The notes under the pieces were generated by a model. That model had not been told where the DNA came from and did no database searches. It worked only from the letters and a program-made list of their open reading frames with translations. Position numbers and translations under genes: made by a program. A stretch of DNA of 57,624 nucleotides from an uncultured Chitinophagales bacterium (GTDB taxonomy: Bacteria > Bacteroidota > Bacteroidia > Chitinophagales > BACL12), in assembly GCA_964429745.1 (NCBI GenBank), contig CAYSDI010000009.1, positions 1 to 57,624 of the forward strand. Direction: 5' to 3'. Each line of letters begins with the position of its first letter. Position 1 is the first letter of the stretch. Shown piece by piece: positions 38,121-47,119 of the stretch.

Positions 38121-38831
38121 ATGTACCCCCTCTTGGCTACTCACGAACCCATCCAAACTGACTTAAATACTAAACACGTCGTCCGTGCAGTAAGCCTGAC
38201 CAAGGCCTACGGTGCTCTGACGGTCCTGAAAGGGGTAAACCTGGAAGTGGCGCGAGGGGAGGTTGTTGCCATTGTCGGGGCTAGCGGCGCAGGGAAATCC
38301 ACGTTGTTGCATCTTCTGGGCACGCTGGACCGGCCTGATTCCGGCCAGGTATGGATTGCCGGTGAGCTGGTCAGTGACTTGCCCAAGGCTCGGCTGGATG
38401 CCTTTCGCAACCGGAGCATCGGGTTTGTTTTTCAGGCTCATCATCTCTTAGCGGAGTTTTCGGCCCTGGAAAATGTGATGATTCCAGGGTTAATTGCGGC
38501 AAGACCTGAAGCGCAAATTCGGGATCGCGCTAAGGAGTTGCTTGGGCAATTGGGCCTTTTCGCCCGTTTGGACCACAAGCCCGGGCAGCTCTCCGGTGGC
38601 GAACAACAACGCGTGGCCGTAGCGCGAGCACTGCTCAACGAGCCGGATGTCATTCTCGCTGACGAACCTTCGGGCAACCTGGATTCCGACAATTCCCGGG
38701 AGCTGCACCAACTTTTTTTCAAGTTGCGTGAGCAATTCGGGCAGACCTTTGTGATCGTTACCCACAATACTGACCTGGCAGCGATGGCCGATCGCAAGCT
38801 GGTAATGGTGGATGGGCGAATGGCTCCATAG
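38121..38831 (+). CDS. lolD: LolD/MacB-type ABC ATPase
   Basis: 236 aa. Contains [38 protein letters not shown] and VTHNTDLA. The symbol is tentative because no lolC/E gene is adjacent. Confidence 0.8.
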   Translation: MYPLLATHEPIQTDLNTKHVVRAVSLTKAYGALTVLKGVNLEVARGEVVAIVGASGAGKSTLLHLLGTLDRPDSGQVWIAGELVSDLPKARLDAFRNRSIGFVFQAHHLLAEFSALENVMIPGLIAARPEAQIRDRAKELLGQLGLFARLDHKPGQLSGGEQQRVAVARALLNEPDVILADEPSGNLDSDNSRELHQLFFKLREQFGQTFVIVTHNTDLAAMADRKLVMVDGRMAP

Positions 38832-38988
38832 GTTGATGCAAGGTTTGCCCAGCTGTAAAAGACCTGGTTGGGTTGCATCCAGGTACGTTTCCCTTCACCT
38901 TTGCGCAGGGTCGCTCCATTTGGGCAGATGACCCTACCTTTGTGGCTCATTTTTACCCGGTTTTTTTCACTTACGAAACGTTCTTCTA

Positions 38989-40095
38989 TTGGCCTTTGGA
39001 ATCAACAAAAGGCGGCTAAAAAAAGCCGCGCACCGACTTAGGCACCTGCCTGGCGGCTTGGACTTTTTCAGGTACTCCGGCAACAAAGTTCACGCGGCGT
39101 GGCTGAGGGCTCGCAAGAGCACTCGGGTTGCGCATCCTTCCTCCATCATGTTGGAAGTGACCAACCACTGCAACCTAAAGTGCATTACGTGTCCGCGCGA
39201 GTACCAGTTTGGTGAGGAGATGGCGAAGGGCTTCATGGACATCCGGCAACTGCGCAAAGTGGTGGATGAAGTGTATCCTTATGTGGACTCCATTGGTCTG
39301 ACCGGTTTGGGCGAAACGCTCATGTACAAGCCGCTGGAAGAAGCGGTAGACTACATCCGCGCTAAAAGCGACGGCATCATTCTGTTCATTTCCATCAACG
39401 CGCACCTGCCCAAATGCGTTGAAATTGCCAGCCGGTTAGCGGATAAACTCGATACCATACAGATTAGTATGGACGGGGTTGGCGACGTTTACGAGCAGGT
39501 TCGCCTGCGCAGCAATTACAATACCTTTTTTGAAAATACACGAGCCATTGCCGCAGCTGCGAAAGACAAGCGCGCAGAAGTGATGTTCAATTTTGTCGCG
39601 GTAAAAGAAAACTACCACACCTTGGCGGAAGTGGTAGAAGCGGCGCATCAATTAGGCGTGGGCTATGTTAACGTGACGCCGTTTAACGTAGCCTCTGTTA
39701 CGGCTCACGACGTTTCGTACTACGACTTCTTTCAAACCGAAGCCTTTAAAAACGAAATTATTCGAGCCAAAGAAATGGCTGATCGCGTGGGCGACGTCAT
39801 CCTTTCGGTTTGGGACTTCAAGAGTCCTGCCGGCTTCCAGAAATGCCACCTTCCCTGGTCGCATTTTTACATTTCCTGGAACGGCTACATGACGCCTTGT
39901 TGTGCAAAACCCTTTCCCAAGGAACTGAACTTCGGAAACGTCTTCGAAGAGGGCCTGATGACCTGCCTGAACAAGCCGGAGTACCAGCAGTTTCGCGAGT
40001 TATGGTACAAAAACGAGACCCCGGAATTTTGCCAAAAATGCCACATGGTGGACATGGCTCCCATTCCGATGAACGTGGATCTGCCGATCAATTGA
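38989..40095 (+). CDS. Radical SAM enzyme with C-terminal SPASM/twitch-like Cys cluster
   Basis: 368 aa with a TTG start. Contains the CNLKCITC (CxxxCxxC) motif. The C-terminus reads CHLPW...ISWNGYMTPCCAKP...FGNVFEEGL...EFCQKCH. Confidence 0.85.
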   Translation: MAFGINKRRLKKAAHRLRHLPGGLDFFRYSGNKVHAAWLRARKSTRVAHPSSIMLEVTNHCNLKCITCPREYQFGEEMAKGFMDIRQLRKVVDEVYPYVDSIGLTGLGETLMYKPLEEAVDYIRAKSDGIILFISINAHLPKCVEIASRLADKLDTIQISMDGVGDVYEQVRLRSNYNTFFENTRAIAAAAKDKRAEVMFNFVAVKENYHTLAEVVEAAHQLGVGYVNVTPFNVASVTAHDVSYYDFFQTEAFKNEIIRAKEMADRVGDVILSVWDFKSPAGFQKCHLPWSHFYISWNGYMTPCCAKPFPKELNFGNVFEEGLMTCLNKPEYQQFRELWYKNETPEFCQKCHMVDMAPIPMNVDLPIN

Positions 40096-41407
40096 TCCCG
40101 GCGAACTCTTGCTTTTGATCGGCAGGTGCTTCGGCGGGTTCCGGGTAGGGGATGGCGTCCAGTGCCTTGGACCATTTGGCTACCAACGCATCAAACACCG
40201 GACGGAGCTTCTCGTTAATGGGGAAGGAGGCCGGAATCTTTTCAAGGAAGGGATCTACCTGCTGGCCGTTTTTCCAGAATCGGTAGCACAGGTGAGGTCC
40301 GGTAGCGAGGCCCGTGCTGCCCACGTAGCCGATCACCTCGCCCTGCTTAACAGCCCGGCCATTTTTCATGCCCGGAGCAAAACGGCTCATGTGCAGGTAC
40401 TGCGTGGAGTAGGTGTCGTTGTGCTTGATTTTGACGAAGTTCCCGTTGCCGCTGTTGTACCCGGCAGCAATCACGAGACCGTCCCCGGTGGCGTGGATAG
40501 GAGTGCCTTCGGGAGCGGCGTAATCTGTTCCCAGGTGCGCTTTGTAGCGCTTCTGAACAGGGTGAAAACGCTTGAGCGAATACCGCGAAGAAATGCGGGT
40601 GTAGTTCAACGGAGCCTGAAGGAAGGCCCTTTTCAAGCTCTTGCCTTCTGCATCAAAGTAGCCGGTTTCACCTTCCTGGTCAAAACGGAAGGCTTCAAAC
40701 TCTTTTCCGCGGTAGTTAAACGAAGAAGCAAAGATGCTGTCAACCCCGACAGATTCGCCGTCTACGAAGCTTTCCCCGTAGATCACCTTGAATTTATCAC
40801 CATCCTGGATTTTGTAAAAGTCAATGGACCAGGCGTACAAATCGGCCAAGCGTACGGCTAGTTCAGCGCTGGCACCGCCGTCGAGGAGGCTTTGGTAGAG
40901 GGAACTGGTGATAATGCCCGCAACTTCGCGGACTTTGCGCTCCACCGGCTTGCTGGCCCGGTAGCCGCTGACCGAATCTCCCTCAAACGTGTAAACTACG
41001 TATTCAATTTTATTTTCTTCGTAAACAAAGTAGCGAGCGCTGGAATCCGGACCCAACAGCAGGGTGTACGGGTTTCCAGCCCTCATCCGGCGGAAATCGA
41101 ATAACTCAATGTCTTGAGCCATCCGGTCAATCAAGGCATAGGCCACCTGGTGTGGTAGCAGAATATCAGCTAGAAATTGATTGCTGCCCACTTCACCTTC
41201 CACTAAAACGAAGGAATCAATAGGCAAGCCGTAGCGGATCTCACAGGGTTTTTCTAAGGCTGCGGTGCCTTCCTTGGCCTCAGCTTCGGACCGGCCAAAC
41301 TGGCAACCGGACAGAAACAAGGTGCTGAGGGCTAACGTGGTGCAGAAGAAAGCTGAAGCAGCTTTGGAGAGAAGGCCAGAAGAGGCGAGGCGAGTGGTTA
41401 ACGACAT
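40088..41407 (-). CDS. M23-family peptidoglycan metallopeptidase, lipoprotein
   Basis: 439 aa. Lipobox LFLSGCQ. M23 motifs HLGTDYAAPEGTPIHATGDG and YLHMSRF...GSTGLATGPHLCY. Confidence 0.85.
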   Translation of the reverse strand: MSLTTRLASSGLLSKAASAFFCTTLALSTLFLSGCQFGRSEAEAKEGTAALEKPCEIRYGLPIDSFVLVEGEVGSNQFLADILLPHQVAYALIDRMAQDIELFDFRRMRAGNPYTLLLGPDSSARYFVYEENKIEYVVYTFEGDSVSGYRASKPVERKVREVAGIITSSLYQSLLDGGASAELAVRLADLYAWSIDFYKIQDGDKFKVIYGESFVDGESVGVDSIFASSFNYRGKEFEAFRFDQEGETGYFDAEGKSLKRAFLQAPLNYTRISSRYSLKRFHPVQKRYKAHLGTDYAAPEGTPIHATGDGLVIAAGYNSGNGNFVKIKHNDTYSTQYLHMSRFAPGMKNGRAVKQGEVIGYVGSTGLATGPHLCYRFWKNGQQVDPFLEKIPASFPINEKLRPVFDALVAKWSKALDAIPYPEPAEAPADQKQEFAGIN

Positions 41408-41595
41408 AAGGCTATATAACTCCTTGATCTAATGAGAAAAACGCGCTGCAAGAATAGCAACAACTCCCCCCTTTGTCCAACTTCTTACGCAATTATTATT
41501 CCACAGGGTTCACCATTCGTCCTTCTTTTTGCGCATTCGACCGTCTAATTTTTAGGACAGCGGCTTGCCGTCCGGCTGCTTTACTTTTGCCGTCC

Positions 41596-42504
41596 ATGGC
41601 AAGGAAAGGCATTTTGGGGCTGGTGTTGGTCTTTGGTTGGACTTGCGTACAAGCCGGGGGCGGTTGGACCTTAGATCGCGGCGAAGCCTGGTTTGAGGGT
41701 TCCGTTTCTTACCTCAGCTATTCTGAACTATGGCAGCAGAGCAGCCCTTTTCTGCAGCTCCAACGGCCGGTTACGGATTTTGGTATTCGCCTTTACGCAG
41801 AATACGGGCTTCGAGATAACCTGACTCTCCTCGGGCAATTGCCTTTTCGGATGGTCAGTACGGAGGCCGAGCCCACTGGCTCTCCGGATTTTACCGACAC
41901 CCTGCCAACGGGAAGCATGAACTATTTGGGCAATTACCGCCTTGGGGCGCGGTACCAGGTGCTCAAAAAGAACCAAACGGTGGTGAGTCTTCAAGGTATT
42001 GTAGAGTCCAACAACAGCGATTTAAACCAGATCACCGGTCTTCAAACCGGTTTTGATGCCTGGTCGGTGGAAATGCTCGTTGCTTTTGGCCAAAGTTTTC
42101 CGCGCAGCTACCTGGCCGGGCATGGCGGTATGGCCATTCGAACTAACCAATACAGCGAGGAATTTCTCGGGCAGTTGGAATACGGCGTAAACCTGACAGG
42201 CGGTTGGTGGCTCATGGCCGTAGCGGATTACCGACTCAGTTTTAGAAATGGCGATAAAGTACCTTGCAACACGCGGCATACAGGTTTGTATGTTAACAAC
42301 CAGGAGGCCCTGAGCTACGGGCTCAAAACCTTGGTGCCCATCACGGGCAACTTCGGCCTAAGCGCCGGAGTTTACGGAGCCATAATGGCTGACAACCTTC
42401 CGGCAGCACTGTCCTTTAATGGAGGATTGTACTGGAATCCCCAGTTTCGCCGTCCTGGACCAAGCGAGCAGCCTGTTCCGTCCAGCGCTGGTGCAAGGCC
42501 ATAA
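41596..42504 (+). CDS. Small outer-membrane beta-barrel protein, function unknown
   Basis: The start is taken at the ATG 41596 (MARKGILGLVLVFGWTCVQA signal peptide). It has alternating strand-like segments. The 3' end overlaps convergent coaE by 89 nt, so the true C-terminus is uncertain. Confidence 0.55.
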   Translation: MARKGILGLVLVFGWTCVQAGGGWTLDRGEAWFEGSVSYLSYSELWQQSSPFLQLQRPVTDFGIRLYAEYGLRDNLTLLGQLPFRMVSTEAEPTGSPDFTDTLPTGSMNYLGNYRLGARYQVLKKNQTVVSLQGIVESNNSDLNQITGLQTGFDAWSVEMLVAFGQSFPRSYLAGHGGMAIRTNQYSEEFLGQLEYGVNLTGGWWLMAVADYRLSFRNGDKVPCNTRHTGLYVNNQEALSYGLKTLVPITGNFGLSAGVYGAIMADNLPAALSFNGGLYWNPQFRRPGPSEQPVPSSAGARP

Positions 42505-43057
42505 CCTGCGGAATCAGCAAGCGCTCCCCGTCGTTGACGATGACATGTTGGGAGAGGGCGCGTTTCTCTTCATCCGACCATTGCCGCGCCATCCGCGCGC
42601 GGACATCTGCCTCCGAAAGCCCATTTCTGGCCATTGCCCGCTGAAGCCGCAGCTCTTCCGGGGCCCAAATCATAACTACCTCGTCCACCAATTTGTAAGA
42701 TCCGCTCTCGAACAGCAATGCAGCTTCGCGAAGGGTGTAAGGATACTCACGACGGCGTTCCATCCATTGGGCGGCATCGCGGAACACGGCCGGATGCACG
42801 AGTTGATTAAGCCGGGTTAAGGCCTCCGGATCGCGAAAAACCCGGTCCGCTAACACGGATCGGCGCAAGTGGCCCTCAATATCGTAGATATCCGCTCCAA
42901 AAGCGGCCTTCAATTGTTCCACCAATGCAAAATCATCGGTCATGATTTGCTTAGCCCGATCATCCGCATAGTAAACGGGAATCCCTAAGGTTTCAAACAA
43001 GCGGCAAACCGTGGTTTTTCCGCTCCCAATGCCCCCGGTTATGCCAATGCTAATCAT
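42416..43057 (-). CDS. coaE: Dephospho-CoA kinase
   Basis: MISIGITGGIGSGKTTV P-loop at the start (ATG 43057), followed by ADDRAK and VHPAV motifs. Confidence 0.9.
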   Translation of the reverse strand: MISIGITGGIGSGKTTVCRLFETLGIPVYYADDRAKQIMTDDFALVEQLKAAFGADIYDIEGHLRRSVLADRVFRDPEALTRLNQLVHPAVFRDAAQWMERRREYPYTLREAALLFESGSYKLVDEVVMIWAPEELRLQRAMARNGLSEADVRARMARQWSDEEKRALSQHVIVNDGERLLIPQVMALHQRWTEQAARLVQDGETGDSSTILH

Positions 43058-43973
43058 GTTTGCGCACAATGAGTTCAACACTTCGGGGATGCCATTGCAA
43101 TTGTTGTAATCCATTCGGGTGGCGAATCATCCGGACGTCCACCAAATGCCCGCTGCTGTCGCTTTGGTTGGTTAAGTCCACATCAAGCCTAAAATCTTCT
43201 TTCCGAATGGATTCATACCGGCCCATAGGCACCTGGAAACTGACTTCGACCTGGTCTGGAATAAGCGACATTCCCGATTCTGGCAGTGGTGTCAAAGGGA
43301 TGGCCATGGACATTTCGGTGTAGCGGTCTACCGGGATTTTATAAGCTACCTGCCCAGGATCCACGCTGATGTTAAGCCTCGCGCTTTGCAGGACGCTAAC
43401 CTGGCCCATAAGGGTCTGGTTAACATTGCTTTGGCTGATCTTTTCGGTGGGCCAAAAGAACATGCTGTTTACGAGGCTGGCCGGACCGGAAACCCAAACT
43501 GAATCGGGCACCAGTACTGAAGATTCTGTTAGGCCACAAAAAGGAGCGAAATCGAGATCGGCTCGCAACAGTAAGGGCACTTTTTTTCGTGCGACGGCCT
43601 CAGTTTCCAGAAGAATGGAGTCCGGTTGGATGGAAATGAGCCGCAAGTCACGCGGCAGATCGGCGCCAAAGGCGGGGAGGTAGTATTGCGTTACCACCAG
43701 CTTGCGATTGCCAAAAGTGGTCAGGTCCAGGCGAAGGGTACGCGTCTGGAACGACTCAAAAAGCAACTTCCATCCGGTTGCTTGTACCAAAAAGAACGCG
43801 CGCTCCGGGAGCCGATTAACCACCACATTCTCTTTGGACGAGTTGGTCCAGTCCAGGTTTACCGGAATGTCGGTTTCGTAAGATTTTGAAAGGGTATTGA
43901 GGAGCCAAAGGACTGCGGCCAGCGCGATGCTGAGCAGCACACCGACCGTCCTGGAACTCCCCGCCGAGCTCAT
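43050..43973 (-). CDS. YbbR-like domain protein (N-terminal membrane anchor)
   Basis: 307 aa. It has an N-terminal TM segment (VGVLLSIALAAVLWLL) followed by repeated beta-rich YbbR-like segments. It sits in the conserved yajC-to-coaE position and overlaps the coaE start by 8 nt. The family call is by eye. Confidence 0.6.
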   Translation of the reverse strand: MSSAGSSRTVGVLLSIALAAVLWLLNTLSKSYETDIPVNLDWTNSSKENVVVNRLPERAFFLVQATGWKLLFESFQTRTLRLDLTTFGNRKLVVTQYYLPAFGADLPRDLRLISIQPDSILLETEAVARKKVPLLLRADLDFAPFCGLTESSVLVPDSVWVSGPASLVNSMFFWPTEKISQSNVNQTLMGQVSVLQSARLNISVDPGQVAYKIPVDRYTEMSMAIPLTPLPESGMSLIPDQVEVSFQVPMGRYESIRKEDFRLDVDLTNQSDSSGHLVDVRMIRHPNGLQQLQWHPRSVELIVRKHD

Positions 43974-44299
43974 GTCGCGCTTTCTTCGCCCAGGGCTTTC
44001 GTGAACTCTACGGAAACCATGCTGCGCTCAATGCGGATTTTGATGTTTTTATCCACTTCCACCACCAGGGTTTTGTCGTCAACCTGCACCACCCTGCCGT
44101 GGATGCCTCCGCTAGTGACGATGCGTTGGCCTTTTTCAATGCCGTCAATAAACGACCGCTGTTCTTTGGCTTTCTTTGCCTGCGGGCGAATCATAAAGAA
44201 ATAGAGGATGAACACAAACATGGCCAAAAAAATCAGCGATGTCGGTCCGCCGCCGGAGCTTCCGGTCGAAGTAGTTAATAGGACAAACGCGAGCGTCAT
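43970..44299 (-). CDS. yajC: Preprotein translocase subunit YajC
   Basis: 109 aa. Contains IRPQAKKAKEQRSF...GQRIVTSGGIHGRVV. Its stop overlaps the downstream YbbR-like gene start in an ATGA arrangement. Confidence 0.9.
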   Translation of the reverse strand: MTLAFVLLTTSTGSSGGGPTSLIFLAMFVFILYFFMIRPQAKKAKEQRSFIDGIEKGQRIVTSGGIHGRVVQVDDKTLVVEVDKNIKIRIERSMVSVEFTKALGEESAT

Positions 44300-44314
44300 G
44301 CGAAGGGTCTTTTT

Positions 44315-44836
44315 TTATTCCTCGGGAACGATCACGTTTCCGGAGATGTAGAGCAAATTGGTGTTGGGAACGGTGTTTGCGGTAATGGTAACCGTCTTGT
44401 CAAACTTGTCTCTCCGGCCATTGGAGTCGTATGTGACTTTTAGAAAGCCACTTTCGCCGGCAGGGATGGGTTCTTTGGGCCATTCCGGCACGGTACATCC
44501 GCAAGATCCTTTAGCCGAAGTGATGACCAACGGCGACTTGCCGGTGTTGCTAAACTTGAACGAGTATTCCACGATCTCGCCCTGAATGATGGCACCAAAA
44601 TCCCACTTATCCCGCTCAAAGGTGATGAATGGAACAGTGGCCTGGTCCAACACGGCGCCGGGTTTGGTTTCGGCCGATTTCGGGTTGTTGATCATCTCGC
44701 CGCTCAAGGCAGGATCGGCATTTCCCCCGTTGGCAGCATCCTGGGAATCAGCACAACTTGTGAAACCAAGGAGGCCGAAAGAGAAACTGACCAAAAAAGC
44801 CAGCACAGCGACAGAATTAGAAATGGTAGCTTTCAT
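44315..44836 (-). CDS. DUF1573-domain lipoprotein
   Basis: Contains FDFGAIIQGEIVEYSFKFSNTGKSPLVITSAKGSCGCTVPEWPKEPI. The start is chosen at MKATISNS...GFTSC (signal plus lipobox); 44848 and 44887 are alternatives. Confidence 0.8.
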   Translation of the reverse strand: MKATISNSVAVLAFLVSFSFGLLGFTSCADSQDAANGGNADPALSGEMINNPKSAETKPGAVLDQATVPFITFERDKWDFGAIIQGEIVEYSFKFSNTGKSPLVITSAKGSCGCTVPEWPKEPIPAGESGFLKVTYDSNGRRDKFDKTVTITANTVPNTNLLYISGNVIVPEE

Positions 44837-44951
44837 GGATAGGAGCATTATCGCTGCAAAGATAAGGGCTGCAATATAACCCGTCACGGGAGCAAGGCCG
44901 AGCCCCGATGTTGTTGTGAAACGAGGAACATTCGCTCAGACCTAACACGGT

Positions 44952-45911
44952 TTACTCCACCAGACCCCTGCCGCGCTTGCGAATCCGACCTTCTTCGCGG
45001 AGCGTTTTCATTAGGTTGTCTAAAACGCCATTGATGAAATCCTTGGAGCGCGGAGTAGAATATGTTTTTGAAATATCAATATATTCATTAATGGAAACTT
45101 TAATGGGAATGGTGTCGCAGTAGAGCAATTCGGTAAGCGCCATTCGAATGAGAATGCGGTCCATTAGCGAAACCCGTTCCATCTCCCAGTTTTCCAGGCG
45201 TGGGGCGACCAGTTTTTCCAGTTCTTCTTCTTTTTCCAACCCCAAACGGAGCAGTTCGCAAACAAAATCGCGGCTTTCCTGGGGCAGGTCAAGAATGTCG
45301 TCTACCCAGCCGCCGGGCTGGCCGGGTTTCCAGGCCTTTAGGGTATGGAGCACCCGGGGAATTACAATGTCCACATCCTCGTCCCAGGTGGGAAAGCTGT
45401 CTTCAAAATGCTGGTCCAAGTCTTCCGAGGGCCACACCACCTCCTCAAACAGTTGGATGGTCACGGCGCGGTCAGCTTCTGCATCATTAAGCGGACTCAA
45501 GGCGTAGGTTTCGTACTCGGGAAGGGCTTTTAGCCCGTTGTAGGCTAACCGCACGAGCTCTTCATCGAGTAAATAGCGGAGCTTTTCACGGTCTGCTATT
45601 TTGCGAAAGCGATCGTCAGCGCGCAAGGCTGCCACAATGGCATTCTGGTAAAATCGCTTGGAAAACGACAAGTCTTTGTCGGTGGGCAGGTGCTTTGCTG
45701 CGCGCATCACCGCTTCACGCTCCACGCTGTCGGCCACTTCAACCAAAAATAAAAAGTGATACAAATAGGAGCGTCCGGTGTCCCGGATGCTGGCCATTAA
45801 TTTCTTTTCCAAGGCGGCATAATCCCGGCTGCCCTCCTGGTTGTGGGCAAACAAGATTTGCATGACTTTGACGCGCAGACTTCGTCTGCTTAAGAACGGT
45901 TGGTTGTTCAC
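44952..45911 (-). CDS. nusB: Transcription antitermination factor NusB (long Bacteroidota form)
   Basis: The N-terminus is LSRRSLRVKVMQILFA, and the C-terminal NusB core is ERVSLMDRILIRMALTEL...INEYIDISKTYS. I place the start at the GTG 45909-45911, which overlaps the upstream stop (GTGA). The longer track ORF runs back into the dehydrogenase gene. Confidence 0.8.
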   Translation of the reverse strand: MNNQPFLSRRSLRVKVMQILFAHNQEGSRDYAALEKKLMASIRDTGRSYLYHFLFLVEVADSVEREAVMRAAKHLPTDKDLSFSKRFYQNAIVAALRADDRFRKIADREKLRYLLDEELVRLAYNGLKALPEYETYALSPLNDAEADRAVTIQLFEEVVWPSEDLDQHFEDSFPTWDEDVDIVIPRVLHTLKAWKPGQPGGWVDDILDLPQESRDFVCELLRLGLEKEEELEKLVAPRLENWEMERVSLMDRILIRMALTELLYCDTIPIKVSINEYIDISKTYSTPRSKDFINGVLDNLMKTLREEGRIRKRGRGLVE

Positions 45912-47029
45912 AGGCGGCTTTTCAAGGTAGCCACTGCTTCCAACCGGGAAGCGGCCGCGCGCAGCGCGGCTTCGTGCGTGGTAATGCCCTGGCTGTTGGC
46001 GATTTTCAGGATTTCCAGCGTGCGGGAGTAGATAACCTCGGTCATTTCCAGGGCGTGTTGTTGGTGATAATTGCCCAGGTATTCGGCGTAGCAATTGATC
46101 AATCCACCGGCGTTAATCAAGAAGTCCGGGCAATACACGATGCCTTTTTCCCGCAGCATCTCCCCATGCCGCACCTCATCTTCCAATTGGTTGTTGGCCG
46201 CGCCGGCTATGATAGAGCAATGCAGGTGGTCAATAGTGCGGTCGTTGAGTGTAGCGCCGAGTGCACAAGGCGAATACACATCAATGTCCAGATCAAAGAG
46301 TGCGTCGGTGGTGGTGGGGCGTGCACCGTAGCTCAGGCAGGCGTGTTCCACGCGTTCGGGATGCAAGTCGGACACCCAGACTTCCGCCCCTTCCTGGCGA
46401 AGCCTCTTAACCAGATACGTTCCTACGTTCCCTGCGCCTTCTACGGCCACCCTTCGGCCTTTGGCATCGTCGCTACCAAAAACTTCTTTTAAGCCCGCTT
46501 TGAGCCCGAGGTAAACTCCATGCGCAGTGACGGGCGAGGGATCGCCGCCACCGCCTAACCACGATGGCTTTCCTGCCACATGGCTGGTTTCCATCGCCAC
46601 GTACTCCATGTCGGAGGTGCTGGTTCCCACATCTTCTGCCGTGATGTACTTTCCCTTGAGGCTTTCCACAAATCGGCCGTAACGGCGCCAAAGGGCTTCG
46701 GATTTGAGCTTTTGGGGATCGCCGATGATGACCGCTTTGCCGCCGCCGAGGTTAATGCCGCTGATGGCCGCTTTGAAAGTCATGCCGCGCGAAAGGCGAA
46801 TGACATCGCGCAGGGCTGCTGCTTCATCGGCATAATTCCAAAACCGGGTGCCTCCCAAAGCAGGACCGAGCACCGTGTTGTGAATGCCAATAATGGCTTT
46901 CAATCCGGTGGGCTTATCGTAGCAGAAAAAGAGGTTTTCGTGGTCCATCTGGCCCATGAGGCCAAAGATGCCGTCGCCAATTTCGCGGGCTTCAGTGGGA
47001 ACAACAGGGGCAAAGGGCGCTTGGGACAT
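45908..47029 (-). CDS. Leu/Phe/Val dehydrogenase family enzyme
   Basis: 373 aa. Contains GPALGGTRFWNY, GINLGGGKAVIIG and the Rossmann motif VEGAGNVGTYL. Confidence 0.85.
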   Translation of the reverse strand: MSQAPFAPVVPTEAREIGDGIFGLMGQMDHENLFFCYDKPTGLKAIIGIHNTVLGPALGGTRFWNYADEAAALRDVIRLSRGMTFKAAISGINLGGGKAVIIGDPQKLKSEALWRRYGRFVESLKGKYITAEDVGTSTSDMEYVAMETSHVAGKPSWLGGGGDPSPVTAHGVYLGLKAGLKEVFGSDDAKGRRVAVEGAGNVGTYLVKRLRQEGAEVWVSDLHPERVEHACLSYGARPTTTDALFDLDIDVYSPCALGATLNDRTIDHLHCSIIAGAANNQLEDEVRHGEMLREKGIVYCPDFLINAGGLINCYAEYLGNYHQQHALEMTEVIYSRTLEILKIANSQGITTHEAALRAAASRLEAVATLKSRL

Positions 47030-47119
47030 CAGGTAAATTGTTGGCGTAAATTTTTGATTCTTAAGGCGTTTTGCGTGCGGGATGCAAATTTATTGTTTTT
47101 TTTTGTCGCCTACTCCGCT

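Noticed and set aside
38441-38950. A 169-aa minus-strand ORF overlaps the LolD-type ATPase gene.
   Set aside because: It is a shadow ORF antisense to a gene with unmistakable ABC motifs. Its composition is Arg/Ser-rich and low-complexity, with no motifs. The same judgement applies to other long antisense ORFs in the track, for example 1622-2380, 9659-10351, 17172-17744, 22744-23349, 24628-25176, 40109-40861 and 52992-53531.
44952-46094. The 380-aa NusB track ORF suggests an unusually long N-terminal extension.
   Set aside because: The first 61 codons overlap the 3' end of the dehydrogenase gene and are Arg/Pro/Gly-rich. A GTG at 45911 overlapping the upstream stop gives the normal Bacteroidota NusB N-terminus (..LSRRSLRVKVMQILFA).
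46580-47119. The 5' extension of the 776-aa track ORF suggests a much longer ABC transporter.
   Set aside because: The extension runs antisense through the Leu/Phe/Val dehydrogenase gene and has no ABC-like sequence. A typical exporter N-terminus begins at the in-frame TTG 47120, after the divergent intergenic region.
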